From a virus (lineage: Duplodnaviria > Heunggongvirae > Uroviricota > Caudoviricetes): a stretch of DNA of 35,852 bases. The translations under genes and the position numbers were made by a program. Below, piece after piece: positions 19,653 to 29,553 of this stretch; the stretch's first letter is position 1; each line of letters opens with the position of its first letter. The DNA lies in IMG/VR virus record IMGVR_UViG_2778261246_000001, positions 1 through 35,852 of that record; one strand, written 5' to 3'. The notes below the pieces were generated by a model that saw nothing but the letters and a program-made list of their open reading frames with translations, searched no databases and was not told where the DNA came from.

Positions 19653-20577
19653 TGATTTTTGCGCCTTTATTCTGACTCACGGGCGACCAGACAAAGTTCT
19701 GACTTACCGGACGTTGCGTCGTGCTGGCTATACCGGGAAAATTTTTATCGTTGTTGATGATGAAGATAAGACACGGCATCAGTACATGGCTGAATTTGGT
19801 GAACAGGTGCTGGTGTTTTCCAAAGCCGATATCGCCAGTCGTTTTGACGAAGCCGATAATTTCTGTGACCGCCGCTCAATTTTTTACGCCCGTAATGCCT
19901 GTTTTGACCTGGCAAAACTGGTCGGGTGTAAATACTTCATTCAGCTCGATGATGATTATCACGAGTTCCAGTTTCGGGTGGATCGCAACTATGACCAGGC
20001 CTATTTTCCGATAAGGAAACTGGATGCGATCCTTTCTGAAATGCTGGCGTACTACGAATCAATACCTGCTCTTTCCATCGCTATGTCGCAGGGCGGGGAT
20101 TTTCTTGGTGACAATGGCGGCCATGCTTCGTGGGTGAAACGCAAGGCAATGAACAGCTTTATCTGTTCGGTTGATCGACCGTTCTCATTCATGGGGCGCA
20201 TTAACGAGGATGTGAATACGTACACGAATCTCGGTCGCTGTGGTGAATTGTTTATGACGATCGGTGCTGTCCAGTTAGGGCAGAAACAGACGCAGAAAAA
20301 CAGCGGCGGAATGACCGAGCTGTATCTGGATTCCGGAACCTACGTTAAAAGTTTTTACTCCGTCATGTATGCGCCGTCGTGCGTAAAAATTTCACTGATG
20401 GGTGCCAGCCATAAACGCATTCACCATCAGGTCACCTGGAACAACGCTGCAGTAAAAATCCTTCACGAAAAATACAGGAAGAAGACACCCTGCATATCAA
20501 TGGGGGTGACAAATGATTCCGTATTCGAAAGTCGAGTCTCTGGCAGCGTGCCGGATGACTGCACAACAAATCGCTGA
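19645..20577 (+). CDS. Uncharacterised phage protein (YdaY-like), about 310 aa, with an acidic DDD motif
   Basis: ORF 19624..20577; the ATG at 19645 overlaps the ParB-like stop (ATGCGTGA); segments KIFIVVDDEDK and YFIQLDDDYHEF hint at a nucleotide-dependent transferase fold; function unknown. Confidence 0.5.
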   Translation: MRDDFCAFILTHGRPDKVLTYRTLRRAGYTGKIFIVVDDEDKTRHQYMAEFGEQVLVFSKADIASRFDEADNFCDRRSIFYARNACFDLAKLVGCKYFIQLDDDYHEFQFRVDRNYDQAYFPIRKLDAILSEMLAYYESIPALSIAMSQGGDFLGDNGGHASWVKRKAMNSFICSVDRPFSFMGRINEDVNTYTNLGRCGELFMTIGAVQLGQKQTQKNSGGMTELYLDSGTYVKSFYSVMYAPSCVKISLMGASHKRIHHQVTWNNAAVKILHEKYRKKTPCISMGVTNDSVFESRVSGSVPDDCTTNR

Positions 20578-20764
20578 CGTTCTGGATGTTGATCTGAACC
20601 GACTGAAAGAAAATCGGGAAGCAATGACAGATTTTTATGCGGCCATCCGTAAGGGCAGAGCGAAAGGTGAAGCCGAGTTACGAGCGGCATTGTTTAAGCT
20701 TGCCAGAAAAGGGGATGCTTTTGCTCTGCGCGAACTACTCAGGGTGGATAAAAATCAGGACTAA
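20513..20764 (+). CDS. Small phage protein, 83 aa, upstream of the terminase small subunit
   Basis: SD GGGGTGA 5 nt before the ATG; overlaps the 3' end of the preceding gene in another frame. Confidence 0.4.
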   Translation: MIPYSKVESLAACRMTAQQIADVLDVDLNRLKENREAMTDFYAAIRKGRAKGEAELRAALFKLARKGDAFALRELLRVDKNQD

Positions 20765-20767
20765 CTG

Positions 20768-21862
20768 ATGAGCAGACCGGACTGGGGGGCGTTGCAGCAG
20801 GAGTATATTGCTGAATACACCCGCTCCGGTATATCTCCGGTGGCATGGTGTGAAGCAAGGGGACTGAATTACGCAACAGCCCGTCGTTACATCAAAAAAA
20901 CTCCGAAAAATGCGCAGACAGAAATGCGCAAAACTGCGCAAAAAAGTGCGCAGAAAAAATCTGCGCAGACTGCACAAAAGCGGAACGAAAAATCTCAGGA
21001 AAAAAAGCCAGTATTCGATGCGGGCCTGAATGAGGGCGACGCGGAGGAATTTTCGTTCTGTCCCGATGAATTCGGCATTTCTGACCAGCAGGCTAAGTTT
21101 GCGATGCTTGTTGCTCAGGGTAAAAAGCCGACAGAGGCGTACCGACTAGCCGGTTATGAGGGGCAAGGTGCGACAGCTAACAGCAACGCCAGTCGTATGC
21201 TTAGAAATGCCAGGGTTTTTCGCGCTATCAGCTACTTCCGCAATCAGTACCAGAAACGCTATACCGCAGACCTGGATTTACTAGTGAGTCAGTTGATGGC
21301 CATTGTCCTGGCCGACCCCAATCAGCTTGCACAATTTCGCCGTGTTAACTGCCGTTATTGCTGGGGCGAGAATCATCTCTACCAGTGGCGCGATATAGCA
21401 GAATTCGACAAGGCAGCGGCGCAGGCTTCCAGAGATGGCAAACCCGAACCGGAATATGGAGGCCTCGGCTTTGTTGATAACGCCATACCCAATCCGGACT
21501 GCCCGAAGTGCTGCGGTGAGGGAACGGGACAGCTTTATATGGCTGATACCACTCTGCTTGATGGGGATGCGCGGCAATTATATGCAGGGGCAAAATTCGG
21601 AAAATTCGGCGTTGAGATCCTGCTGGAGGATAAGGCTGCCGCCCGGCGTGAATTGTTGCGTTTGCTTTCTGCTGGCGGGGCTTTATGTGCAGATAAGCGG
21701 CTACAGGAACTGGAAATTGAACGGCGCAGAATGGAAAACCAGAAGCTGCGCAAAGAGATCGAAACGGTGGAAGATAATGAACATCCCCAGCCTGTGGCGA
21801 TCAAAATTAATGTGGTTGATGCCAGAGTAAGGAGTGATGAAGATGATCTCTCCGACGCTTAA
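20768..21862 (+). CDS. Terminase small subunit (N-terminal HTH), 364 aa
   Basis: N-terminal HTH-like segment (ISPVAWCEARGLNYATARRYIKK); immediately upstream of and overlapping the large terminase; Cys cluster and C-terminal coiled coil. Confidence 0.6.
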   Translation: MSRPDWGALQQEYIAEYTRSGISPVAWCEARGLNYATARRYIKKTPKNAQTEMRKTAQKSAQKKSAQTAQKRNEKSQEKKPVFDAGLNEGDAEEFSFCPDEFGISDQQAKFAMLVAQGKKPTEAYRLAGYEGQGATANSNASRMLRNARVFRAISYFRNQYQKRYTADLDLLVSQLMAIVLADPNQLAQFRRVNCRYCWGENHLYQWRDIAEFDKAAAQASRDGKPEPEYGGLGFVDNAIPNPDCPKCCGEGTGQLYMADTTLLDGDARQLYAGAKFGKFGVEILLEDKAAARRELLRLLSAGGALCADKRLQELEIERRRMENQKLRKEIETVEDNEHPQPVAIKINVVDARVRSDEDDLSDA

Positions 21863-23144
21863 TGTGCCTCAGGCGCGATTTCTTTCAATGCCCCATAAAT
21901 TTAAAGCCTATATTGCTGGTTTTGGCTCGGGCAAAACATGGGTTGGGTGTGGCGGCATATGCAAGGAGATTTGGGAGCATCCAGGTATAAATCAGGGATA
22001 TTTTGCGCCAACGTATCCCCAAATTCGCGATATTTTTTACCCTACAGTGGAAGAAGTTGCTGCTGACTGGGGATTGAACGTAAAAATTAATGAGGGAAAT
22101 AAAGAGGTTCACTTTTATTACGGACGCCAGTATCGGGGAACCACTATCTGCAGATCGATGGAGAAGCCACAAACGATCGTCGGTTTCAAAATTGGTAATG
22201 CGTTGGTGGATGAACTGGACATTTTGCCGAAGGAAAAAGCCAGAACGGCGTGGCGCAAGATAATTGCACGTATGCGTTATAAGATTGATGGACTTCGCAA
22301 CGGTATTGACGTTACAACCACGCCGGAAGGATTCAAATTTGTCTACGAGCAGTTTGTTAAAGCCGTGCGTGAAAAAACAGAGCTGGCCTCACTGTATGGT
22401 CTGGTGCAGGCATCTACTTTCGATAATGAAAAGAACCTGCCAGCAGATTACATTCCTTCGCTTCTTGAATCATACCCTCCAGAGCTGATTAAAGCCTATC
22501 TTCGAGGACAGTTTACTAACCTGACAAGTGGTACTGTTTACCATCAGTTTGACCGGAAACTGAATAATTGCGAAGAAGTGGAGCAGCCAGGGGAGCCGAT
22601 TTATATTGGGATGGATTTTAACGTTGGAAAGATGGCGGGAATCGTCCATGTGCTGCGTTTGGGGCTTCCATGTGCGGTAACTGAAATCATCAATGCCTAC
22701 GATACGCCGGATATGATCCGCATCATTAAAGAACGCTTCTGGCTGTATGATGGGAATGATTACCGGAAAGTGAGGGAAATTTATATTTATCCAGATGCTT
22801 CCGGGGATTCCAGAAAATCAAGTAACGCAAGTACGACGGATATAGCCCAGCTTAAGCAGGCTGGTTTTAACGTTGTGGTGAACAGCTCGAACCCGCCAGT
22901 AAAAGATCGCGTTAACTCAATGAATGCAATGTTCTGCAATGCCAATGGTGAGCGTCGCTATAAAGTTAATGTGAAGCGTTGCCCGTTATATGCCGAATCT
23001 CTGGAGCAACAGGTCTGGGATGAGAAGGGGGAGCCTGATAAAAAATCTGGCAATGATCACCCGAATGATGCCGGAGGTTATTTCATCGTTAAGCAATTCC
23101 CTATTGTCAAACCGACCGGAAGAGTCACATCACTTCGGATTTAA
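21843..23144 (+). CDS. Terminase large subunit (ATPase/nuclease), about 433 aa
   Basis: Walker A GFGSGKT near the N-terminus; the track ORF begins at GTG 21834, the ATG at 21843 has SD AAGGAG at better spacing; followed by the portal gene. Confidence 0.85.
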   Translation: MISPTLNVPQARFLSMPHKFKAYIAGFGSGKTWVGCGGICKEIWEHPGINQGYFAPTYPQIRDIFYPTVEEVAADWGLNVKINEGNKEVHFYYGRQYRGTTICRSMEKPQTIVGFKIGNALVDELDILPKEKARTAWRKIIARMRYKIDGLRNGIDVTTTPEGFKFVYEQFVKAVREKTELASLYGLVQASTFDNEKNLPADYIPSLLESYPPELIKAYLRGQFTNLTSGTVYHQFDRKLNNCEEVEQPGEPIYIGMDFNVGKMAGIVHVLRLGLPCAVTEIINAYDTPDMIRIIKERFWLYDGNDYRKVREIYIYPDASGDSRKSSNASTTDIAQLKQAGFNVVVNSSNPPVKDRVNSMNAMFCNANGERRYKVNVKRCPLYAESLEQQVWDEKGEPDKKSGNDHPNDAGGYFIVKQFPIVKPTGRVTSLRI

Positions 23145-23146
23145 TT

Positions 23147-24553
23147 ATGGCTGATATATCAACACCCAACCTCGACTATAACGATATGCTGGAGGCGTGG
23201 GATATTAACGACGCACTGATGGGCGGTACGCTTGAAATGCGCAGGCAGGGGGAAAATTATCTCCCAAAATGGCCTAACGAAGATGAAGACGCTTATAAAA
23301 AACGCCTGTCTGTGGCTACGCTACTTCCTGTGTATGAAGAAAGCATCAAGCAAAATATTGGGCGCATATTTGCAGAGCCGACAGTATTGAGTGAGGAAAC
23401 GCCGGCAAAAATCAGGGAATATGCAGAAAATATCGACATGGAGGGGAGCCGACTGGATGTGTGGGCGCAGCAATTTTTCAGCCTCGCATTTCAGTATGGT
23501 GTGGCACATGCGCTGGTGGACTATCCACGAACGGATATGAAAGAGATTCGGACAAAAGCCGATGAAAACGCGACCGGTGGTCGTCCGTACGTTACGATGC
23601 TGAATCCACGCCAGGTTATTGGATGGAAATCGAAAGTTGAAAAAGGGAAAGTTGTTCTCACTGATTTGCGTATAAAAGAGGTCATCATTATTGATGGTGA
23701 TGATTTCGGGCAGAAGAAGGTGGAGCAGATCCGCCATATTATGCCCCGTCGAGTTGAAATTTATCGACGTAGCGAAGGCACTAATGGCGAATCTGTCTGG
23801 ACGCTTCATGAGTCATGGAATACCAGCCGTGATGATATTCCTCTGGTAACACTGTACACGAAGAAAACAGGATTTATGCGTGGTACACCGCCATTGCTTA
23901 ATCTTGGCTTGCTGAATATCAAGCACTGGCAAAGCCAGAGCGAGCAGGACAATATTCTTCATGTTGCCCGCGTTCCATTACTGGTGGCCTACGGGCTGGA
24001 CAGGAATGAAGAACTGACGGTTGGTGCATCCACCGCTACGATTTTTGAGGACAGAACAAAAAATGGCCTCGAATATGTTGAACATAGTGGCGCAGCGATA
24101 GAATCTGGCGAAACATCACTTGAGAAGCTGGAAAATCAGATGCGTCATGCCGGCGCTAAACTTCTGCGTGCTGAAAATACATCCACCAAATCTGTTGATC
24201 AGACTAATGAAGAGCGAATGCAGGAAAACTCGCCGCTTTATACAATGGCGAACTCCCTCGAAGATGCCCTCGATAATATTCTCCAGATAATGGCGGAATG
24301 GATCGGAGAGAGTTGCGGTGGCAATGTGGATGTGCGCACTGAACTGGATGTATCTGCCCAGGTGTTTGACTCATCCTCCGCGCTGGCTGTTCAGTCATTG
24401 CGTCAGGGCGGTGATATACGTCAGATTGATGCGGTTCGGGTGTTGCAGGCGTTGAAATTTATCGATCAGGATTCCCGTCCAGAGGAAGTGATCGATGAAT
24501 TAAAAAATCAGAGTGTAATGCTGATGGAAATCAATGATGCAAACCGTGAATGA
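23147..24553 (+). CDS. Portal protein, 468 aa
   Basis: Size and position immediately after the large terminase; acidic C-terminus. Confidence 0.65.
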   Translation: MADISTPNLDYNDMLEAWDINDALMGGTLEMRRQGENYLPKWPNEDEDAYKKRLSVATLLPVYEESIKQNIGRIFAEPTVLSEETPAKIREYAENIDMEGSRLDVWAQQFFSLAFQYGVAHALVDYPRTDMKEIRTKADENATGGRPYVTMLNPRQVIGWKSKVEKGKVVLTDLRIKEVIIIDGDDFGQKKVEQIRHIMPRRVEIYRRSEGTNGESVWTLHESWNTSRDDIPLVTLYTKKTGFMRGTPPLLNLGLLNIKHWQSQSEQDNILHVARVPLLVAYGLDRNEELTVGASTATIFEDRTKNGLEYVEHSGAAIESGETSLEKLENQMRHAGAKLLRAENTSTKSVDQTNEERMQENSPLYTMANSLEDALDNILQIMAEWIGESCGGNVDVRTELDVSAQVFDSSSALAVQSLRQGGDIRQIDAVRVLQALKFIDQDSRPEEVIDELKNQSVMLMEINDANRE

Positions 24554-25649
24554 ACGGCTGCGTGATGAATCAATTGCTCATGCAGTCTGGATATCCCGCT
24601 ATAGCACTGGCGTGGCTGCCAGAATGGTGAAAATACTGAATGACAGCGATGCGGAACTTACTGCTCGCCTGCTGATAGCACTGGACAGCCTCGATCCAGG
24701 TAGTTTTACCGTTAAGCGCCTGGAGTCACTTCTGGCGAGCGTCAGAGAGGTTAACCGCACTGCTATTAACAGCATGTTTACCAGTCTCTCCGGAGAGCTG
24801 AACGAGCTGGCAATTTATGAGGCTGGTTATCAGTTAAGTCTGTTTGATTCTATGCTACCTGATTTTGTTGCTGATGTTCACCCTCTGGTTGGTATCTCTC
24901 CTGATGCACTTTATGCCGCTGCAATGGCGCGACCATTCCAGGGACGACTGCTCAGTGAGTGGGCCTCAGATCTTGAAGCGGATCGGCTCAGACGCATAAC
25001 AAATACAGTGCGTCAGGGTTTTTTGCTGGGGGATACCAATGAGCAGATCGCAAGAAAAATTCGGGGACATGTCAGTAAGGGATTTCAGGATGGCGCATTG
25101 CAGATGAGCCGGGCTAATGCGGCCAGCATTGCAAAAACAGCGGTTGGACATCTTGCTGCTACTGCCCGTGAGAGTTTTGCCAGCGCGAATAATGATTTGA
25201 TTAAGGGTAAGCAATGGTTATCAACGCTTGATAATCGTACTACGCCACAATGTCGAATCAGGGATCGCCTCAAATATACGCTGAATAATAAACCTGTAGG
25301 TCACAGCGTGCCTTATTTGCAGGGGCCGGGAAAAATTCATTTCTGCTGCCGCTCAACGGAAACGTTCATTCTGAAATCAGCGAAGGAACTGGGTATTGAT
25401 GTTCGCGATATTTCCCCGGCTGAGCGGGCCAGCATGGATGGCGTGGTGGCCGGAGATACAACCTACAGGGAATGGTTTTTGCGTCAGCCTTACACCAGAC
25501 AAAAACAGATTGTGGGGGAAACCCGAGCAAAGCTGATTCGGGATGGTGGTATGTCGCCAGATGAATTTTACACCGATAAAGGCGAATGGCTGACGCTGAA
25601 GCAGCTCCGTGAGCGTGATGCACAGGTATTCAGAAAAGCAGGGATTTAA
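24534..25649 (+). CDS. Head morphogenesis protein (Mu F / SPP1 gp7-like), 371 aa
   Basis: Position after the portal with overlapping start; family inferred from context and size. Confidence 0.55.
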   Translation: MMQTVNERLRDESIAHAVWISRYSTGVAARMVKILNDSDAELTARLLIALDSLDPGSFTVKRLESLLASVREVNRTAINSMFTSLSGELNELAIYEAGYQLSLFDSMLPDFVADVHPLVGISPDALYAAAMARPFQGRLLSEWASDLEADRLRRITNTVRQGFLLGDTNEQIARKIRGHVSKGFQDGALQMSRANAASIAKTAVGHLAATARESFASANNDLIKGKQWLSTLDNRTTPQCRIRDRLKYTLNNKPVGHSVPYLQGPGKIHFCCRSTETFILKSAKELGIDVRDISPAERASMDGVVAGDTTYREWFLRQPYTRQKQIVGETRAKLIRDGGMSPDEFYTDKGEWLTLKQLRERDAQVFRKAGI

Positions 25650-25668
25650 ATAAATCATTTATTACAAC

Positions 25669-25693
25669 AGGCTACCTTCGGGTGGCCTTTTTT
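25669..25693 (+). terminator. Hairpin with TTCG tetraloop plus T-run
   Basis: AGGCTACC-TTCG-GGTGGCCT followed by TTTTTT. Confidence 0.45.
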
Positions 25694-25753
25694 ATTGCTG
25701 CGATCCGGATGGTGAGCAGCGTAACTGTCGGAAGACTTAAACCAGGTACTAAT

Positions 25754-26518
25754 ATGAAACTGAAAACGGTCGAGATTAACGGAAAACAATACGCAGAAAT
25801 TGATACTGCTGGCCTGCCAGTTTATGTGCACGACGATGGTAAAGAAATTGGCTTCGATGCACCGCTGGCGACAAAAAAAATTACAGAGCTTAATGGCGAG
25901 GCAAAAAATCATCGCCTGGCTAAAGAAGCTGCAGAGGAAAAACTGGCTAAGTTTGCCGCTATCGAAGACCCGAAGAAGGCGATCGAGGCACTGGAAATGC
26001 TGTCAAAAATCGACCAGAAAAAGCTGATCGATGCGGGACAGGTTGACCAGGTTAAGGCAGAAATTACGAAAAATTTTCAGCAGCAATTAGATGAAGAAAA
26101 GCAACGCTCTCAGATGCTGGAGAAGCAGCTTTACGATTCTATGATTGGCGGTAGTTTTGCGGGTTCAAAATATATTGCCGATAAAATTGCGATCCCGGCA
26201 GATTTATTACAAGCCCGCTTCGGGCAGGCATTCAAAGTGGAAGAAGGGAGGATCGTTGCTTATGACGCTTCCGGCAACAAAATTTATTCCCGCGCGAAGC
26301 CTGGCGAACTGGCGCAGTTTGATGAGGCGCTGGAGTTCCTTGTCGAAAATTACCCTCAGAAAGACTACATCCTGAAAGCCAGTGGCAACAATGGCGGCGG
26401 CTCCCGTCCGACACAGCATGATATTGGTCAGAAAACGATGAAACGCTCTGCTTTTGATGCACTGGATGTTGCAGGTAAGCAAAACGCATTGAAAGACGGT
26501 ATCACAATCGTTGATTAA
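25754..26518 (+). CDS. Putative scaffolding protein, 254 aa
   Basis: Acidic, coiled-coil-rich protein immediately upstream of the major capsid gene; internal ATG at 25754 used as start. Confidence 0.55.
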   Translation: MKLKTVEINGKQYAEIDTAGLPVYVHDDGKEIGFDAPLATKKITELNGEAKNHRLAKEAAEEKLAKFAAIEDPKKAIEALEMLSKIDQKKLIDAGQVDQVKAEITKNFQQQLDEEKQRSQMLEKQLYDSMIGGSFAGSKYIADKIAIPADLLQARFGQAFKVEEGRIVAYDASGNKIYSRAKPGELAQFDEALEFLVENYPQKDYILKASGNNGGGSRPTQHDIGQKTMKRSAFDALDVAGKQNALKDGITIVD

Positions 26519-26616
26519 CACATTTGTCAGCTTCCGGATGGGAGCTGGTGTCAGGGCTGGATAGCTCATTACTCCATCTATTCACAATTACGCAAATTTT
26601 TAAGGAATATTTAATT

Positions 26617-27756
26617 ATGGCTGGAAATACCCTGACCGGGTTGATCCCGACTATTTATACCGCCCTGGATGTTGTATCCCGTGAGCAGGTAGGTTTTATC
26701 CCTGCGGTAGCAAAAAACGCAAAAGCTGACGCCGCAGCAAAAGATCAGACGGTAACCGCGCCAGTTGCGCCTGAGGCGAAAACCGAAGATATCGTACCGG
26801 GGCCGTCAGCTCCGAATACCGGTGATCAAAATATTGGCACTGTTGATGTAAAAATTACTAAATCCAAAATGGCACCGGTTAAATGGAATGGTGAAGAACA
26901 ACTGGCTCTTGGCCCTTCAGGGACTTACAACACCATTCTGGCTGATCAGTTCAAGCAGGCTTTTCGCGCCCTTGCAAACGAGGTTGAGGCTGATCTTGGT
27001 GCGTTGTATTTCGGTGCTTCCCGCGCCGTGGGAACCGCAGGGACAACGCCGTTTGGTGTTAAAGATGATCTTTCTGATGCTGCTCTGGCTCGTCAGGTTC
27101 TGGAGGATAACGGCGCACCGACAACCGATCTGCAGATGGTGCTTGGCTCCACTGCCATTGCTAATTTGCGCGGAAAACAGTCTGTATTGTTTAAAGTGAA
27201 TGAATCCGGCACTGAACAGCTACTGCGTGAGGGCGTGTTGGGGCGTCTGGAGGGATTCAATATTCACAGTTCGGCAGGTGTGAAACGAGCGCCAAAGGTT
27301 GCTGCAACTGGTTATCTCGTGAATGGAGAGAAAAAAGAAGGCGATGTTCTTATTTCCATTGATACTGGTTCGGGGAGTATTTCTGCAGGTCAGATTGTTA
27401 CGTTCGCTGGTGATCCGAATCAGTATGTTGTGGCAGCAGCGACCAGCAATCTGATTACTCTTGCAGCGCCCGGACTGCGTCAGGATCTGGCCGATGATAC
27501 TGCCATCACAGTTGTTGGGGCCTTTACTGCAAATATGGCGTTTGATCGCAACGCGTTTCTGCTGGCATCCCGTACTCCGGCAATGCCGGAAGGTGGCGAT
27601 AATGCTGATGATGTAATGAATGTTACGGACCCGATTTCAGGGATTACGTTCCAGATTGCACTGTATCGTCAGTATCGCCAGGTGCGCTATGAAGTTGGAC
27701 TGGCATGGGGTGTTTCATCAGTGAAGCCGGCACATGGTTGTCTGATTCTTGGTTAA
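26617..27756 (+). CDS. Putative major capsid protein, 379 aa
   Basis: Internal ATG at 26617 with SD TAAGGAA; position after the scaffold; followed by a strong terminator. Confidence 0.6.
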   Translation: MAGNTLTGLIPTIYTALDVVSREQVGFIPAVAKNAKADAAAKDQTVTAPVAPEAKTEDIVPGPSAPNTGDQNIGTVDVKITKSKMAPVKWNGEEQLALGPSGTYNTILADQFKQAFRALANEVEADLGALYFGASRAVGTAGTTPFGVKDDLSDAALARQVLEDNGAPTTDLQMVLGSTAIANLRGKQSVLFKVNESGTEQLLREGVLGRLEGFNIHSSAGVKRAPKVAATGYLVNGEKKEGDVLISIDTGSGSISAGQIVTFAGDPNQYVVAAATSNLITLAAPGLRQDLADDTAITVVGAFTANMAFDRNAFLLASRTPAMPEGGDNADDVMNVTDPISGITFQIALYRQYRQVRYEVGLAWGVSSVKPAHGCLILG

Positions 27757-27766
27757 ACATTCAAAC

Positions 27767-27786
27767 GGGGCTTCGGCCCCATTTTT
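27767..27786 (+). terminator. Rho-independent terminator after the capsid gene
   Basis: GGGGC-TTCG-GCCCC followed by ATTTTT. Confidence 0.6.
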
Positions 27787-27798
27787 AATGGGGGGCAT

Positions 27799-27975
27799 AT
27801 GGCCGGATTAACTAAAGAGCAAAGAGCACAGCGTGAAGCCGCACAAAAAACGCAAATTGAGTTAGTGGTTATGGTGACCGATTATCAGATGTTTCCCGGC
27901 GCACCAACTATCGCTAATGTTCATCCTGATGAAGTTGACAACTGGAAGGCTATGGGCTGGAAAACTCAGGAGTAA
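27799..27975 (+). CDS. Small hypothetical protein, 58 aa
   Basis: Not in the ORF track; MAGLTKEQRAQREAAQKTQIELVVMVTDYQMFPGAPTIANVHPDEVDNWKAMGWKTQE; G-rich SD just upstream. Confidence 0.4.
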   Translation: MAGLTKEQRAQREAAQKTQIELVVMVTDYQMFPGAPTIANVHPDEVDNWKAMGWKTQE

Positions 27976-27978
27976 CAC

Positions 27979-28374
27979 ATGATCACTTACGTGACCTGTG
28001 ATGACGTTGATAATGCGTTTGGGAACGCCTGGACGAGTGAGAACGCTAAAAATAAAGCTGTTTTAATGGCTAATGCCTGGCTTAATGGCTTCAACCTGAA
28101 AATTAACCCATCCCGTATTCCGGAAGAGGTAAAACTTGCGGGAGCATATGCAGCCAGAATTGCCTCATTCGGTAAGTTGTTTCAGCAGAAAAATGATTCT
28201 GGCGTTGTTATCAGTAAAGCCGTGTCGGCTGACGGGGTCAGTGTATCGAAATCATTTTCTGAGTTGCCAGCAAACAGCACTGCATTGCTTGAACCCGATT
28301 TACAGCTTGCGATAGCACTGCTGAAACCGTACGGACTTAGTCGCTCACAAGTCAGGGTTGTGAGGGGGGGATAA
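27979..28374 (+). CDS. Putative head-tail connector / adaptor protein, 131 aa
   Basis: Position in the head-completion block; function inferred from gene order. Confidence 0.45.
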   Translation: MITYVTCDDVDNAFGNAWTSENAKNKAVLMANAWLNGFNLKINPSRIPEEVKLAGAYAARIASFGKLFQQKNDSGVVISKAVSADGVSVSKSFSELPANSTALLEPDLQLAIALLKPYGLSRSQVRVVRGG

Positions 28375-28757
28375 TGGGGCTTCGTGAAGAGATTCAGTCA
28401 GAGGTTGCCGCTGCTTTTGATGAGGATTTAGCGGACGCCGTGAGTGATTTTTCTGGTTCTTACGTTACGCACCGGCACTGGGATCCTGTGACGGAAACTG
28501 GCGGCGAATCCACCGCAATCTATACCGGGCGAGGCGTGTTGACACGTTATAAGCTGGGCAGAATTGATGGGATTAATATTTTGCATGGTGACCTTAAATT
28601 AACCGCTCTGGTATGCGAGGTTACGGATAAACCAGCTGTCGACCATATTATTGAGATTTATGATCCTGTATCAAGGCAGTTACAACGATACGAGGTAATT
28701 ACAGCAAGTGTAGATCCTTCCGCATCAGTTTACTCTATCCAGTTAAGGAGAGCGTAA
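28374..28757 (+). CDS. Putative head closure / head-tail joining protein, 127 aa
   Basis: Start overlaps the upstream stop (TAATG); gene order. Confidence 0.45.
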   Translation: MGLREEIQSEVAAAFDEDLADAVSDFSGSYVTHRHWDPVTETGGESTAIYTGRGVLTRYKLGRIDGINILHGDLKLTALVCEVTDKPAVDHIIEIYDPVSRQLQRYEVITASVDPSASVYSIQLRRA

Positions 28758-29138
28758 ATGGCAAAGGCATGGGATATAGAACCGTCAATATTTGCCGGGA
28801 TGATTGAGGAAGATGTAGGGCTGAAGATTCGCTACATCGCTATTCAGATTCTTACTGCTATTGATATTGCTGCTCCGGTTGATACCGGACGTTTCAGAAA
28901 TAACAACCTGGTGTCGTTACAGCATCCCGATTTTGGTATATCTGATAACGTGGATCCGAACGGTACGATTGCTGTTCAGCGTGGGATCGGGGTTATTTCG
29001 AAAGCTGCAAATTACGGGGTTATTTATATCCAGAATAACCTTCCTTATGCAGAGGCTCTTGAAAACGGTCATTCACAACAAGCGCCAACTGGCGTGTATG
29101 CCAACGCTTTTCATGGTGTTTTACAGGCTTACAAATGA
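28758..29138 (+). CDS. HK97 gp10-like tail-component protein, 126 aa
   Basis: Contains PVDTGRFRNN, which resembles the VDTGRLRNS signature I associate with the HK97 gp10 family. Confidence 0.5.
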   Translation: MAKAWDIEPSIFAGMIEEDVGLKIRYIAIQILTAIDIAAPVDTGRFRNNNLVSLQHPDFGISDNVDPNGTIAVQRGIGVISKAANYGVIYIQNNLPYAEALENGHSQQAPTGVYANAFHGVLQAYK

Positions 29139-29527
29139 CGTTTACTGAAATCAGAAATACGGTTATTTCCAGAATGACGGCACAGACGATTATTGATGGA
29201 AAAGACGTATTGTATCCGAACGGGCCAACGTTCGATCCTTCCGGTAAGTTAATCTGGGCGCGGTTAAGTAATATTCCCGGGCAGGCTGGAGTTAATGAAA
29301 TTGGCGCGGGGCCGGTTGTTTATCGCACGGGGATAATCATTATTCAGTTATTTGTCCCCGCAGGTTCTGGTTCAAAACTCATTACTGAGACAGCCGATAA
29401 ATTGCGGGAACTGTTTGAGTTTCAGGATGACGATCGTCTCAGTTACCAGGCTGTTTCCTCAATAGCCGTTGGCGAAAAGAATGGCTGGTTCCAGCTTAAT
29501 CTTCAAATTCCATATCGCGCGCTCTAG
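29135..29527 (+). CDS. Putative tail completion / terminator protein, 130 aa
   Basis: Overlapping start (ATGA); position immediately before the major tail gene. Confidence 0.45.
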   Translation: MTFTEIRNTVISRMTAQTIIDGKDVLYPNGPTFDPSGKLIWARLSNIPGQAGVNEIGAGPVVYRTGIIIIQLFVPAGSGSKLITETADKLRELFEFQDDDRLSYQAVSSIAVGEKNGWFQLNLQIPYRAL

Positions 29528-29553
29528 CGCAATTAATGACATAGGAGGCTCCT

